A stretch of 58,912 nt of DNA from Acidobacteriota bacterium (GCA_041486695.1 JBGPLZ010000001.1:1-58912), one strand, 5' to 3'. Positions 23,775 to 34,309 are shown, counted from the stretch's first letter. Numbers and translations are program-made. The notes: generated by a model not told the origin, from the letters alone.

Positions 23775-23968
23775 GCTGTCGCTGGCTCCAAGAGTCCTCC
23801 GAGCGTGGGATTCTACGTACCCATCCGTCCGGTTGCAACTGCGGCCGTCCCATGACACCGGCGGGACGGCCGGGAAAGCTCTGCGGGCTGTCGGCGACGG
23901 TCGCGCCGCTTCGGCGGGGGGATGTGGTAGGCTTTATTCGAGCCGACGAACATTCTGGGGGACGAGTC

Positions 23969-24388
23969 ATGGCGAGCGTGAACAAAGTCATATTGATTGG
24001 CAACCTCGGTCGCGATCCGGAGGTGCGCTACACCCAGGGTGGTGCCGCGGTCGCCAACTTCACCCTGGCGACTAACGACGTCTGGACCGACAAGGCCGGC
24101 GCGCGGCAGGAACGAACCGAATGGCACCGCGTCGTCGTCTGGGGAAAGCAGGCGGAGATTGTGCGCGAGCACCTGAGCAAGGGCAAGCAAGTCTATGTGG
24201 AGGGTGCGCTGCAAACACGCCAGTGGGACGACCGTGAGGGCCACAAGCGCACCACGACCGAGATCAAGGCGATGCGCGTCGTCATGCTAGGACGCCCGGA
24301 GCCGGGCGAGGGGCGCATGGCCGGCTCTGCGCCGCAAGAGGTCGTGGCCGAGGAAGGGCCGCCCCCCGAGGACGATATACCCTTCTAG
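23969..24388 (+). CDS. ssb: Single-stranded DNA-binding protein
   Basis: [30 protein letters not shown]-terminal DDIPF. Confidence 0.98.
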   Translation: MASVNKVILIGNLGRDPEVRYTQGGAAVANFTLATNDVWTDKAGARQERTEWHRVVVWGKQAEIVREHLSKGKQVYVEGALQTRQWDDREGHKRTTTEIKAMRVVMLGRPEPGEGRMAGSAPQEVVAEEGPPPEDDIPF

Positions 24389-24393
24389 GTCGC

Positions 24394-24422
24394 CGGAATT
24401 TCGTGCCGGGCACGGATATCCG
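24394..24422. terminator. Imperfect hairpin between convergent ssb and TPR genes (possible terminator)
   Basis: CGGAATTTCGTGCC-G-GGCACGGATATCCG inverted repeat; no U-tract. Confidence 0.35.
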
Positions 24423-24437
24423 TCTTCGGGCCCGGGC

Positions 24438-25160
24438 TCAAGAGAGCCGGTCGATGCGGCTGCGCGCCTCCGCCTCGTACTCCGAGCCCGGGAATTCGCT
24501 CAGGATGCGGCGATAGGTCTTGATCGCCTCATCCTTCTTGCCGAGCGCCTCCTGACATCGGGCCACCGCGAGGAGCGCCTCTTCGCGCGGGAAGCCCCCC
24601 CGGGTGTCCTCACCCAGCGCCTGGAACTGCACCAACGCCTCGGCAGTGTTGCCCTGCGCCTGGTGCACCCTCCCGAGGCCGAAGCGGGCCAGCGGCGCCA
24701 GAAAATCAGTCGGATCACGGCGCAGGAACACCTCCAGGGTCTTGGCGGCTTCGTCGAGCCGACCCGAGCCCTCCAGAGCCACTGCCTTGTAATAGAGCGC
24801 CTTGGGCGCCGCCCGGGTCGAGCCGTAGCGAGCCAGGAGATCATTGGCAAGATCGACGACCTTGCCGTCCCGTTCCGCCGCCGACGCATAGGTGGTGACG
24901 CCGGCGGGCGCCTGTTGGGCCTCTGGGGTCAGGGCGATCGGCGCGCGGTACGCCTGGATGATCTGTCCGAGCAGGAAGGAGGCCTTGTCGTTCCGATCCT
25001 CGATGACATGCTGGACCGCCAGACCACCCACGACGAGCAGGGCGAGCGCGCCTACGGCGATGCCCACCTGGCGGAGATTCTCCGTGACGAAGACGGTCAG
25101 GTGCTCGAAGACGGTGACCAGTTCGTCGCGCTTGGCGCGATGCCTCTCACTGCCCTTCAT
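24438..25160 (-). CDS. YfgM-like membrane-anchored TPR protein
   Basis: MKGSERHRAKRDELV, one TM helix, then TPR repeats; start re-called at ATG 25160 because the longer ORF runs into the tRNA. Confidence 0.75.
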   Translation of the reverse strand: MKGSERHRAKRDELVTVFEHLTVFVTENLRQVGIAVGALALLVVGGLAVQHVIEDRNDKASFLLGQIIQAYRAPIALTPEAQQAPAGVTTYASAAERDGKVVDLANDLLARYGSTRAAPKALYYKAVALEGSGRLDEAAKTLEVFLRRDPTDFLAPLARFGLGRVHQAQGNTAEALVQFQALGEDTRGGFPREEALLAVARCQEALGKKDEAIKTYRRILSEFPGSEYEAEARSRIDRLS

Positions 25161-25220
25161 GAAACTCTCCCTGGTTTCCTGGCCAGGCACGAACGCGCCA
25201 TAGAGGCGTCGCCTCCCGGG

Positions 25221-25297
25221 TGGTGGGCCTGGGCAGACTTGAACTGCCGGCACACGGATTAGGAATCCGTTGCTCTATCCACCTGAGCTACAGGCCC
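25221..25297 (-). tRNA. tRNA-Arg (anticodon CCT)
   Basis: GGGCCTGTAGCTCAGGTGGATAGAGCA-ACGGA-TTCCTAA-TCCGT...GTTCAAGTC...CAGGCCCACCA; 77 nt with encoded CCA. Confidence 0.96.
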
Positions 25298-25366
25298 ATT
25301 CGGAGCGTCGCACCAAGCGCATCATATACCAGGATCGCCCGATCCGATTCGCGGCGGCGGAGCCGA

Positions 25367-26035
25367 TCACCGCCCCGGCCGTTTGCGCACGAGCATCACG
25401 CCATCGCCGACCGTCAGCAGGCACGCTTCCACGCGTGCGTCGTCCCGGATCTTCCGATTCAGCCGTCGCAGAGCGGCGGTCTCGGGATCGTGCGCGGCGG
25501 GATCGGCGACCGCCCCATGCCAGAGCACGTTGTCGAGCGCGACGAGCCCGCCGGGACGGACGAGCCGCAGGCAGGCTTCATAGTAGGCATCGTAGCCGGT
25601 CTTGTCGGCGTCGATGAAAGCGAAATCGAAACTGCCCCCGAGACCCTCTCGAAGCAAGGCCGACAGCGTCTCGCTCGCCGGTCCGAGTCGCAGATCGATC
25701 CGTGCCGAGAGCCCCGCCTCCTCCCAATAGCGCCGACCTACCCGGGTCCATTCCTCGCTGATATCGCAGCAGATGAGACAGCCGTCCTCCGGGAGGGCGG
25801 CCGCGACCGCCAAGGCGCTGTACCCCGTGAAGGTGCCCACCTCGAGGGCGCGCCGTGCTCCGACCAGGCGCACCAGCATCGCGAGGAGCGCTCCCTGATC
25901 GGCGCCGATCTGCATGGCGGCGTTCGGAAGCGTGGCGGTCTCGGCTCGCAGAGCGTGCTGTGAAGCGGTCTCGCGCGTGAACTCCTCGCTTACGTAACGC
26001 TCGACGGCGTCGGGGATGAGAGATCGCCTGGCCAT
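25367..26035 (-). CDS. SAM-dependent O-methyltransferase (caffeoyl-CoA OMT / Methyltransf_3 family)
   Basis: C-terminal part of the 801-aa ORF, from ATG 26035: MQIGADQG, LEVGTFTGYSAL, FDFAFIDADK, DNVLWHG. Confidence 0.93.
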   Translation of the reverse strand: MARRSLIPDAVERYVSEEFTRETASQHALRAETATLPNAAMQIGADQGALLAMLVRLVGARRALEVGTFTGYSALAVAAALPEDGCLICCDISEEWTRVGRRYWEEAGLSARIDLRLGPASETLSALLREGLGGSFDFAFIDADKTGYDAYYEACLRLVRPGGLVALDNVLWHGAVADPAAHDPETAALRRLNRKIRDDARVEACLLTVGDGVMLVRKRPGR

Positions 26036-26041
26036 GCCGCC

Positions 26042-26047
26042 ATGATA
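26042..26047 (-). promoter_or_regulatory. -10 box positioned for a leaderless O-methyltransferase transcript
   Basis: TATCAT followed by 6 nt (GGCGGC) then ATG; no SD. Confidence 0.45.
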
Positions 26048-26128
26048 ACCGACCCGGCGCGCCCGTGGCGCGGTGGTTCGATTTTGTGTCACACTGCGTC
26101 TCCGACATCCACGTCTGGAGGCTCCCGG

Positions 26129-27961
26129 ATGGCCCCGTCGAGAGGCGTTCGCGCCGTCTGGTGGCGCGGGATCGCACCGATCGCTCTGGTCGCGATCCTC
26201 CTGTTCTCCTCCGCCGTCACTCCGGCCGTCACGGCGGAACTTCGGGAGGTCGCCCGGCCCTACGCCCTCGGCTCGGGCGGCGCGATCGCCTCCGCCGAAC
26301 CCCGGGCGACCGCTGCAGGCCTGACGATTCTGCGCCAGGGCGGCAATGCGGTCGACGCCGCGGTGGCGGTCGCGCTGGCGCTCGCCGTCGTCCAGCCACA
26401 AGCCGGCAACCTCGGAGGTGGCGGCTTTGCCGTCATCCGCAGAGGGCGCGAGATCGCCGCGCTCGACTTTCGCGAGACCGCGCCGGCCGGCGCGAGCCGC
26501 GACATGTACCTGGGGAGCGATGGCAAGCCGGCCGGCGACGCATCGTGGGTCGGGCCGATCGCCGCCGCCGTGCCCGGCTCGCCGGCGGGATTGTACGAGC
26601 TCCATCATCGGTATGGTCGCCTGGACTGGAGACGTGTCGTGGCGCCCGCGATCCGCCTGGCTCGCGACGGGTTCGTCGTCACGGCCCGGCTGCACGACGC
26701 CCTGGAGGAGGAACGCGACACCCTTTCCAGATTCCCCGATACCGCGGTCGTCTGGCTTCCCGGAGGCAAGCCCCTCCCGGCCGGCACGCTGATGAAACTC
26801 CCCGACTTGGCACGCACCCTGGCGTCCTATGGGGAGGTGGGTCCCGCCGCGATCGTTTCCGGAAGGGTGGCCGCGGCAATCGAGCACGCTTCCCGAGCGC
26901 ACGGCGGCATCCTGACGGCCGCCGATCTGGCCTCCTATCGGCCCCAGTGGCGGGAGCCTCTGCGCACCCGCTCCTTCGGCTGGGAAATTGCCGGAATGCC
27001 TCTCCCTTCTTCGGGAGGCCTGATCGTGGCCCAGAGCTTCGCCCTGCTCGAACGCCTCGGCTGGGGCAGTCTCCCCCGGGACGGCGCCGATCGGGCTCAC
27101 CTCTTGATCGAAACCTGGCGGCGCGCCTACGCCGATCGCTTCGTCCTCGGGGATCCGGGCACGACTCTCGCGGGACCGTCCCAGCTTCTCGACCCGGCAT
27201 GGATCGCCGCCCGGGCCGGCGCCATCGACACGGCGCGCGCCACACCATCTCGGGAGGTTCGCCCCTGGCCCGGTCTCGAGCGCGTCGAGCCCACCCCGGC
27301 AGCGGAGCCGGTCCAGACGACGCACCTGTCGGTCATCGATGGAGAGGGGGATCTGGTGTCGCTGACCACCACCCTCAACGGCTGGTTCGGCTGCGGGCTC
27401 CTGGTGCCGGGCGCCGGATTCCTGCTCAACAATGAGATGGACGATTTCACCACCGCCCCCGGAGCGCCGAACGCCTACGGGCTGATCCAGGGAGAGTCGA
27501 ATGCCGTGCGCCCCGGCAAGCGGATGCTGTCGTCGATGAGCCCGACGATTCTCTGGCGCGGCGAGGAGGCGATCGCCATCGGCTCGCCCGGCGGATCGCG
27601 GATCCCCACCGCCAGCGTTCAGGTGATCCTTGCGCTGGTCGTCGATGGCGACGGTTTGCAGGCTGCCGTGGAGCGGCCGCGCGTTCATCACCAGTGGCTG
27701 CCGGATGCCGTCGTCGTCGAGACGGGGGCGCTCCGGAGCGAGGTGCGTGCCGAGCTCGAGCGGCGCGGCCACGCGCTGAAAGAGGCGACCTGGCGTGTCG
27801 GCGAGGTCGACGCGGTGCGCCGGCGGGCCGATGGCCGGGTCGAAGCGGCGGCCGATTCGCGTGGACCGGGAGGCGCCGGGGTCGTCCGTGAGGCGGCGGC
27901 GCCGCGGCAGGCCGCAACGCCTGCTGCGCGGCCGACGCCGGTCAGTACTGGATCAAACTGA
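26129..27961 (+). CDS. ggt: Gamma-glutamyltransferase (exported)
   Basis: Signal peptide, GGNAVDAAVA, GNLGGGGF, DFRETAP, nucleophile motif TTHLSVID, LNNEMDDF, PGKRMLSSMSP, GSPGGSRI; ATG 26129 with GGAGG SD. Confidence 0.95.
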   Translation: MAPSRGVRAVWWRGIAPIALVAILLFSSAVTPAVTAELREVARPYALGSGGAIASAEPRATAAGLTILRQGGNAVDAAVAVALALAVVQPQAGNLGGGGFAVIRRGREIAALDFRETAPAGASRDMYLGSDGKPAGDASWVGPIAAAVPGSPAGLYELHHRYGRLDWRRVVAPAIRLARDGFVVTARLHDALEEERDTLSRFPDTAVVWLPGGKPLPAGTLMKLPDLARTLASYGEVGPAAIVSGRVAAAIEHASRAHGGILTAADLASYRPQWREPLRTRSFGWEIAGMPLPSSGGLIVAQSFALLERLGWGSLPRDGADRAHLLIETWRRAYADRFVLGDPGTTLAGPSQLLDPAWIAARAGAIDTARATPSREVRPWPGLERVEPTPAAEPVQTTHLSVIDGEGDLVSLTTTLNGWFGCGLLVPGAGFLLNNEMDDFTTAPGAPNAYGLIQGESNAVRPGKRMLSSMSPTILWRGEEAIAIGSPGGSRIPTASVQVILALVVDGDGLQAAVERPRVHHQWLPDAVVVETGALRSEVRAELERRGHALKEATWRVGEVDAVRRRADGRVEAAADSRGPGGAGVVREAAAPRQAATPAARPTPVSTGSN

Positions 27962-28454
27962 CGACGTCGATGCCGGGCAGTCGCGAACGTCCTTCGAGGG
28001 CGAGGAGCTCGACCAGGAACCCGGCGCCGACCACCTCGGCGCGCAGGCCTTCGGCCAGCCGGCGAGTGGCCGACGCCGTCCCGCCGGTGGCGAGCAGGTC
28101 ATCCACGATCAGAACCTTCTCCCCCGGCGACAGGGCATCGACGTGGATCTCGAGGCGGTCGGTCCCGTACTCGAGGTCGTACTCTTCACCCGCAGTCTTC
28201 CACGGAAGCTTCCCCGGTTTGCGCACCGGCACGAAGCCGGCGGCGAGGCTCACGGCGATCGCCGGCGCGAAGATGTAGCCGCGCGATTCGATGCCCACCA
28301 CCTTGGTGATGCCCCGTCCCTTGAAGCGCTCCGACAGGCGTTCCAGCGCCTGTCGGAGGGCCGCGCCATCCTGGAGCAGGGGCGTGATGTCCTTGAAAAT
28401 GATTCCCTTCTTCGGAAAGTCGGGAACGTCACGAATGAAACGTCTCAGATCCAC
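27942..28454 (-). CDS. apt: Adenine phosphoribosyltransferase
   Basis: [51 protein letters not shown]; probable GTG 28454. Confidence 0.96.
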   Translation of the reverse strand: MDLRRFIRDVPDFPKKGIIFKDITPLLQDGAALRQALERLSERFKGRGITKVVGIESRGYIFAPAIAVSLAAGFVPVRKPGKLPWKTAGEEYDLEYGTDRLEIHVDALSPGEKVLIVDDLLATGGTASATRRLAEGLRAEVVGAGFLVELLALEGRSRLPGIDVVSLIQY

Positions 28455-28507
28455 CGCTCCCCCCGGGCGCCGATCCATGTGAGCTGCGGGGCCGACCGCA
28501 GCCGGCC

Positions 28508-28780
28508 TCAGGCGCGAACCACAAAAGTGTCGACCTCGTCTTCGAGCTCTGCGTCCATGGTCTCCACGTCGTCGACGCGCGACCCGCGCGGTCCTCGGCG
28601 CAGCTCGGCGAGGAAACGCGCCAGCCGGTCCTGGGGCCCCGACGCCACCGCCTCGACCCGGCCGTCGGGAAGATTGCGCACGTAACCGCGCAGTCCCAGA
28701 GCCCTGGCGGCGCGTTCGGCATGGTCACGGAACCCGACGCCCTGGACCGTTCCTGTCACCAGAACACGGGTAGCTTTCAT
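28508..28780 (-). CDS. acyP: Acylphosphatase
   Basis: [28 protein letters not shown]; start re-called at ATG 28780. Confidence 0.93.
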   Translation of the reverse strand: MKATRVLVTGTVQGVGFRDHAERAARALGLRGYVRNLPDGRVEAVASGPQDRLARFLAELRRGPRGSRVDDVETMDAELEDEVDTFVVRA

Positions 28781-28792
28781 GGGGCTTCGAGT

Positions 28793-28870
<78 letters not shown>

Positions 28871-28889
28871 CCTTTCGTAGTGATGGCGG

Positions 28890-28918
28890 ATTGTACGCGA
28901 CCAAGCGTGGACGGTCAA
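28890..28918 (-). promoter_or_regulatory. Sigma-70 promoter for tRNA-Pro(CGG)-acyP-apt
   Basis: TTGACC, 17 nt, TACAAT. Confidence 0.65.
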
Positions 28919-28933
28919 GGTACCTGACGCGCC

Positions 28934-29637
28934 TCAGATCTCGTAGAACCAGCCTCCTTCGTCGATGTTCGGCTGCACTCCGGCCGGCAGTCCAGAGCGC
29001 GTCTCGAGAATCTGCAGCCGGTCCGCCAGGCCGCGCAATGCCTTCGCGGTGACGTCCGGGAGGGCGCCATGATCGAGGTCGATGGCGTGCGGCTGGCCTG
29101 CCGCATCGTAGGTGATGCGCTGGCCATGGCGGTGGCTCACCCTGCCGGGGATGCCCACGACCACCGAGTCCGGGGGCACATCCTTGACCACGACGGCGTT
29201 GGCGCCGACCCGCGTCCGTGCGCCGATCCGGATCGGTCCCAGGATCTTCGCTCCCGCTCCCACCACCACATCGTCTTCCAGCGTCGGGTGCCGCTTCCCC
29301 TTTTTCCAACTGGTCCCTCCGAGAGTGACGCCATGGTAGAGCGTCACATTCGGTCCGATCTCAGCGGTTTCCCCGATCACCACCCCCATGCCGTGATCGA
29401 TGAAGAAGCCGGACCCGATCCGGGCGCCTGGATGGATTTCGATCCCGGTGAGAGCGCGGCCGAAGTGCGACACGAGCCGTCCGGCCCAGCGCAAGCGCAG
29501 GCGCCAGAGCAGGTGCGCGACCCGGTAAAACCAGAGAGCGTGCAGGCCCGGATAGGTGGTGAGAACTTCCACCAGGTCCGCGCCGCCGGATCGCGTTCGA
29601 AGACGGCGCGCATGTCGCTGCGCAGGGTGTGCAGCAT
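28934..29637 (-). pseudogene. cysE: Serine O-acetyltransferase, frameshifted near 29570-29575 (real lesion or sequencing error)
   Basis: The N-terminus [21 protein letters not shown] is in one frame and [11 protein letters not shown]...GIEIHPGA...[12 protein letters not shown]...KRHPT in another; adding one base fuses them; C-terminal Ile. Confidence 0.85.
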
Positions 29638-29662
29638 GGTTGTCCTGTCCGGGCCGCGGCGC

Positions 29663-30595
29663 TCAGCCGGCCAGGTTCTGATAGAGGGCCGTGCTGAGGT
29701 AGCGCTCGCCGAAGGACGGGATGATGACCACGATCATCTTGCCGTTGTTCTCGGACCTCCGCGCCACCTGGGTCGCCGCCCAGACGGCCGCGCCGGAGGA
29801 GATGCCGACCAGGAGCCCCTCCTCCGCGGCCATCCTCCGCGCCACCGTCATGGCATCGTCGGCCTGGACCTGGACCACCTCGTCGACGATCTTGAGATTG
29901 AGATTCTTGGGGATGAACCCGGCGCCGATCCCTTGAATCGGGTGTGGCCCCGGCTTGCCCCCGGAGATCACCGGAGACGCGGCGGGCTCGACGGCGACGC
30001 AACGAAAGGTGGGCTTGCGCGATTTGATCACCTCGCCGATGCCGGTGATCGTCCCCCCGGTCCCCACGCCGGAGACCAGGATATCGGCCTGGCCATCGGT
30101 GTCCCGCCAGATCTCCTCGGCCGTGGTGCGGCGGTGGATCTCCGGGTTGGCCGGGTTCTCGAACTGGTTCAGCATGACGTAGCGCGCGTCGCTCTTCACC
30201 AGAGCCTCGGCGCGGGCGATCGCCCCCTTCATCCCCTCGGGGCCGGGTGTCAGGATCAACTCGGCTCCGTAAGCCCGCAAAAGCATGCGCCGTTCCTTAC
30301 TCATGGTCTCCGGCATCGTCAGCGTCAGCCGGTAACCCCGCGCGGCGGCCACGAACGCCAGAGCGATTCCCGTGTTTCCGCTGGTCGGCTCGACCAGAAT
30401 GGTGTCCTTGGTGATCCGGCCGTCCCGTTCGGCGGCGTCGATCATCGCCACGCCGATGCGATCCTTGACGCTCTTGGCCGGGTTGTAGTCCTCGAGCTTG
30501 GCGACGACCGTGGCGGCCGCGCCATCCAGGATTTTGCGCAGCTGCACCAGCGGCGTGCGCCCAATCAATTCGATCACGTTTTTGTGGATGGTCAC
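29663..30595 (-). CDS. cysK: Cysteine synthase A
   Basis: [10 protein letters not shown] (PLP lysine), [41 protein letters not shown]. Confidence 0.97.
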   Translation of the reverse strand: MTIHKNVIELIGRTPLVQLRKILDGAAATVVAKLEDYNPAKSVKDRIGVAMIDAAERDGRITKDTILVEPTSGNTGIALAFVAAARGYRLTLTMPETMSKERRMLLRAYGAELILTPGPEGMKGAIARAEALVKSDARYVMLNQFENPANPEIHRRTTAEEIWRDTDGQADILVSGVGTGGTITGIGEVIKSRKPTFRCVAVEPAASPVISGGKPGPHPIQGIGAGFIPKNLNLKIVDEVVQVQADDAMTVARRMAAEEGLLVGISSGAAVWAATQVARRSENNGKMIVVIIPSFGERYLSTALYQNLAG

Positions 30596-30725
30596 CTTGA
30601 GGCTCCTTGCAAAGGGGGTGAGACGCCGGCTCGGCGCCCCTTCGCCCCCGGGTGCGTGACGCTATCATAACCGGAGCGCGGGGTCGGTGAAAAGGACTCG
30701 GACCGCCGGGCGGTGTGGCGGCTCT

Positions 30726-31844
30726 TCAGGGTTCGCGCAGAAGGACGATGAGCGACAGGTCGTCGTGAGGCCGTTCCGCGCCGAGGAACGCGTTGACGGC
30801 GCCCAGGATCCGCATCCCCGCGCGCTCGGGGGAGAGCCCGCGCAGGTCGTGTATCACCGCCTTCAGCCGTCCCTCGCCGAACTCTTCATCCTGGGCGTTG
30901 TGCGCCTCGGTCAGGCCGTCGGAGTAGGCCACCAGCATTTCGCCCGGATCGAGCCTGAGGCTTTCCTCGATGCAGTGCGAGTTCGGCATCATCCCAAGCG
31001 GGAGCGATGCGGCGGCCAGGCTCTCGATCCCCCCCGTCTTCAGCACGAAGGGAGGATTGTGCCCGGCGTTGAGCAGCCTCACCCGGCCGCTCTCGGGGGT
31101 GATCTCGAAATAGACCAGCGTGGCGAATCGATTATCGAGGCCGTCCCGGTGGAGGATCATGTTCAGCCGATCGCCCAGGGCGGCGAGCGACCCGAGCTCC
31201 GGCAGCAGCGCGCGCAGCGAGGCCTGCAGCTTGGCGGTCAGGAGCGCCGCACCCAGCCCTTTGCCGGCCACGTCCCCCAGGACAATCCCGATCTTCCCTT
31301 CGTCAAGGTCGAGATAGTCGACCAGATCGGCGCCGACGTCGTTGGCCGGCCGCATGTAGCTCCAGACGGACCACCCGGGGATGCGCGGTGGCTGCTGCGG
31401 CAGCAGGGCCAGCTGGACCCGGCGGGCCACCTCGATCTCATCCCGCGCCAGGAGCTTGTCCTTGAGCTCGACCATCAGAACCAGGAACAGGACGACGTAA
31501 CTCCAGCGGCGGAGATCGATGGTCACTTCGTCGCCGTTCACGCTCATCATCCCGACCCGGCCCAGGAAAAACATGAGCATCGACAGAAGCAGCAGGATCC
31601 GGCGCGATGGAGACAGTTTCATCAGCAGGCTCTTCAGGGTCCAGATCAGCACCCAGAAGCAGCGTCGGAGGCGGCCCATCGAGGCCAGAAGGGCGCGGTG
31701 CTCTTCGTCCAGATAGAAGAGGTAGACCTGGCCGAGATCCCGGCGCAAGGCGCTCGTCAGGTCACCCCGTCGGAAATCCTGAACCAGGGTGCGGCGCAGA
31801 CTGCTGCTGCGGCTGGCATCGTCGATGACCGGGGGCTTGTTCAT
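30726..31844 (-). CDS. Membrane-anchored PP2C/SpoIIE (RsbU-like) phosphatase
   Basis: TM segments, then EIEVARRVQ..LLP, VGADLVD, GDVAGKG, NAGHNPP, YSDGLTE, HDDLSL; ATG 31844 overlaps the rnd stop. Confidence 0.88.
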   Translation of the reverse strand: MNKPPVIDDASRSSSLRRTLVQDFRRGDLTSALRRDLGQVYLFYLDEEHRALLASMGRLRRCFWVLIWTLKSLLMKLSPSRRILLLLSMLMFFLGRVGMMSVNGDEVTIDLRRWSYVVLFLVLMVELKDKLLARDEIEVARRVQLALLPQQPPRIPGWSVWSYMRPANDVGADLVDYLDLDEGKIGIVLGDVAGKGLGAALLTAKLQASLRALLPELGSLAALGDRLNMILHRDGLDNRFATLVYFEITPESGRVRLLNAGHNPPFVLKTGGIESLAAASLPLGMMPNSHCIEESLRLDPGEMLVAYSDGLTEAHNAQDEEFGEGRLKAVIHDLRGLSPERAGMRILGAVNAFLGAERPHDDLSLIVLLREP

Positions 31845-32977
31845 GCCAGTAGCCGGGTGGCGTCCGCGCCGAGAAGCCGCTTGCGCCATGAACGCAGCCC
31901 CGGGATCGCCGGCCCCGCTTCGAAGCCCGGCAGCCCCGCGATCGCCAGCGCTTCGAGACTCGATTGGGGCATCAGCACTCCAGGCTCGATCCCCAGTTCC
32001 GCCGCCCGATCCTTCCGCCAGGCGCGCAAGCGTTCCAACCGAACCTGAGCAGCAGCGTTTTTCCGCCGCCCTTGTCCACGCGGCGGGGTTGGAAGCTCGC
32101 TCTCGGGACAGGCCTGCCCCCGGACCACCGCCGCCAGCACCATGGGTCCAATCCGGCGGCGCACGAGTGGCGTGAACCCCTTGATCCCCTCGAGGTCGGC
32201 CGGCGATGCCGGGGTACGCCGGGCCAGAGCGAGCAGGGTCTCATCGGATGCGATGCGGAATGGCGGCACGTCGCCCTGCCGGGCCTTCTCGTCTCTCATG
32301 ACATAGAGCTCCCGCAGCCCCGCGGCTTGGCGAGGCGTGAGATCGCGGGCTCCCTTCACCGACCAGAATCCGGCGGGGTCGAAGCCGCGCGGCTCCCAGG
32401 CGCGCAACGCGACGACCTCGAACTCCTCCTCGGCCCACTCCAGACGGCCCTTGGCGACGAGTTCCGCACGGAGCAGGTCGCGCAGTCGGATCAAGTGAAG
32501 CACATCCTCCCCGGCGTAAGTCTTCTGGCGCTCACTGAGCGGTCGCCGCGACCAGTCATCGCGCTGCGGGCCCTTGTCGAGCTTCAAGCCCAGAAAGCGC
32601 TCCAGGAGCCCCGCCAGGCCGACGCTCGGCAGCCCGAGGAGCTGCGCCGCGATCATCGTATCGAAGAGCGGATCGAGCCCGAATCCATAGTCGCGTCGGA
32701 TGTAGAGGACATCTTGCTCGGCCGCGTGCAGGATCTTGGTGATCCCGCGCGCCGCCAGGATCGCCCCGAGCGCATCGAGCTTCCGCAGGGCGAGCGGATC
32801 GATGAGGTAGACCGCCTGCCCGTCGGAGACCTGAATCAGGCAGCACTTGTGGAAGTAGTGGTAGAAGGAATCGGCCTCGGTATCGATGGCGACGGCCTTC
32901 GCGGCTTCGAGCCGTTCGGTCGCAGCCTGCAGGCCCCTCTCCGTGTCCACCCACTCGAACGACAGGGCCACGCTCAA
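31841..32977 (-). CDS. rnd: Ribonuclease D (3'-5' exonuclease plus HRDC domains)
   Basis: AIDTEADS, CLIQVS, KILHAAEQD, FDTMIAA, DWSRRPL, YAGEDV and HRDC; probable TTG 32977 (TTGA overlap with dedA). Confidence 0.88.
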   Translation of the reverse strand: MSVALSFEWVDTERGLQAATERLEAAKAVAIDTEADSFYHYFHKCCLIQVSDGQAVYLIDPLALRKLDALGAILAARGITKILHAAEQDVLYIRRDYGFGLDPLFDTMIAAQLLGLPSVGLAGLLERFLGLKLDKGPQRDDWSRRPLSERQKTYAGEDVLHLIRLRDLLRAELVAKGRLEWAEEEFEVVALRAWEPRGFDPAGFWSVKGARDLTPRQAAGLRELYVMRDEKARQGDVPPFRIASDETLLALARRTPASPADLEGIKGFTPLVRRRIGPMVLAAVVRGQACPESELPTPPRGQGRRKNAAAQVRLERLRAWRKDRAAELGIEPGVLMPQSSLEALAIAGLPGFEAGPAIPGLRSWRKRLLGADATRLLA

Positions 32978-33615
32978 GACCGCGCGCCCCCCTGCTCCGC
33001 CCGCCCCTCCGCCACGAGATGACGTCGGATCCACCAGAGGGCGCCGATCACGAGGGCGGCCCCGATGAGCAGGTCGTATTTCCGAAACGAGCCTTCGAGA
33101 GTGTGCCAGTGCTCCCCCATCTGGTGACCAAGGTAGGCCAGCGCATAGCAAAAAGGATAGGAGCCCAGGAAGGTATAGATACAGAACTTTCCGAGCGGCA
33201 TCCGGGCCACACCGGCCGGCAGGGAAATGAACGTGCGTACAACCGGAAGAAGCCGGCTGACGAAGATGATCGGGCTGCCATGGCGACGGAACAGGCGGTC
33301 GGCCATATCGAGGTCGCGCCGGGACAGGAACACATAGCGCCCGTAGCGCTCGACCAGCGGGCGTCCTCCCCAGGCCGCGATGGCATAGGCGACGACCGAC
33401 CCGAACACACAGCCGGCGGCGCCCCAGAAGGCGGCCCCGTGAAGGGTGAAGACTCCCGTGTAGGCGAGGTACCCCGAGAACGGCATGATGACCTCGGACG
33501 GAAGCGGGATCGCCGCGCTTTCGATCGCCATCATGAGGAAGACCCCGAAATAGCCCAGGGCGCTGATGCCGGCGATGACGAAGCCGCTGACGATCTTCAG
33601 GAGATCGGTGATCAC
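32974..33615 (-). CDS. DedA family membrane protein
   Basis: ESAAIPLPSEVIMPFSGY, SRLLPVVRTFISLPAG. Confidence 0.93.
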   Translation of the reverse strand: MITDLLKIVSGFVIAGISALGYFGVFLMMAIESAAIPLPSEVIMPFSGYLAYTGVFTLHGAAFWGAAGCVFGSVVAYAIAAWGGRPLVERYGRYVFLSRRDLDMADRLFRRHGSPIIFVSRLLPVVRTFISLPAGVARMPLGKFCIYTFLGSYPFCYALAYLGHQMGEHWHTLEGSFRKYDLLIGAALVIGALWWIRRHLVAEGRAEQGGARS

Positions 33616-34226
33616 GAGTGGAATCCCTCCTTTCCGATGAGCCGCACGAAGGTGCAGGGATCGTGATCCTCAACCGAGGCGCCGCCCGTTGTGCGGCGGA
33701 TCACCTTGACCACCTGCTGGACGGCCGTGCCCACCGGCACCACCATCCGTCCGTGCATCGCCAACTGCTCCAGCAGAGGTCGGGGACAGGCGGGCGCTGC
33801 GGCGCTCACCAGAATCGCCTGAAATGGCGCCGCCTCCGGCCAGCCGAGCGAGCCGTCCGCCACGCGCATCGCGATCCCGGCGATGCCAGCGCCCTCCCAG
33901 TTTCGTGCGGCCCGCTCCGCCAGGCCCTCGATCCGTTCCATCGTATACACCGAGGCGCCCAGACGGGCGAGAAGCGCCGCCTGGTAGCCGGAGCCGGTTC
34001 CGATTTCGAGAACCTTGTCGCCCGGCGCCACCGCGAGCAGGTCGATCATCCGGGCGACGATGTACGGTTGGGAGATCGTCTGCCCCCAGCCGATCGGCAA
34101 AGCGGTGTCGCCGTAAGCCCGTTCCGACAGCGCCTCGTCGACGAACAGGTGGCGGGGCGTCGACAGGAAGGCCTCGAGTAGGCGAGGATTGTCGATGCTT
34201 CGCCCGAGGACTTGCTGCTGCACCAT
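33612..34226 (-). CDS. pcm: Protein-L-isoaspartate O-methyltransferase
   Basis: PRHLFV, GQTISQPYIVARM, LEIGTGSGYQAA, DGSLGWPEAAPF; true start may lie upstream (see findings). Confidence 0.95.
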   Translation of the reverse strand: MVQQQVLGRSIDNPRLLEAFLSTPRHLFVDEALSERAYGDTALPIGWGQTISQPYIVARMIDLLAVAPGDKVLEIGTGSGYQAALLARLGASVYTMERIEGLAERAARNWEGAGIAGIAMRVADGSLGWPEAAPFQAILVSAAAPACPRPLLEQLAMHGRMVVPVGTAVQQVVKVIRRTTGGASVEDHDPCTFVRLIGKEGFHS

Positions 34227-34309
34227 CCTGAGACAGCGGCGGTCATAGGACGCCGTCGCCGGAAGCGCGGGACCGTCCGCGGGGAGGCGGCCTCGTTCCG
34301 GGCGCGACC

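Noticed and set aside
21769-27772. Apparent giant fusions in the ORF track (744-aa ORF ending in Dtd, 801-aa ORF ending in the O-methyltransferase; likewise the 610-aa Rnd and 561-aa FabF ORFs)
   Set aside because: The N-terminal extensions are off-frame or antisense readings of murJ, ggt, dedA and acpP; better downstream starts exist.
30596-30670. Riboswitch in the cysK leader (GC hairpin)
   Set aside because: The leader is only about 60 nt and shows no SAM or T-box consensus I can recognise; the stem is explicable by GC content.
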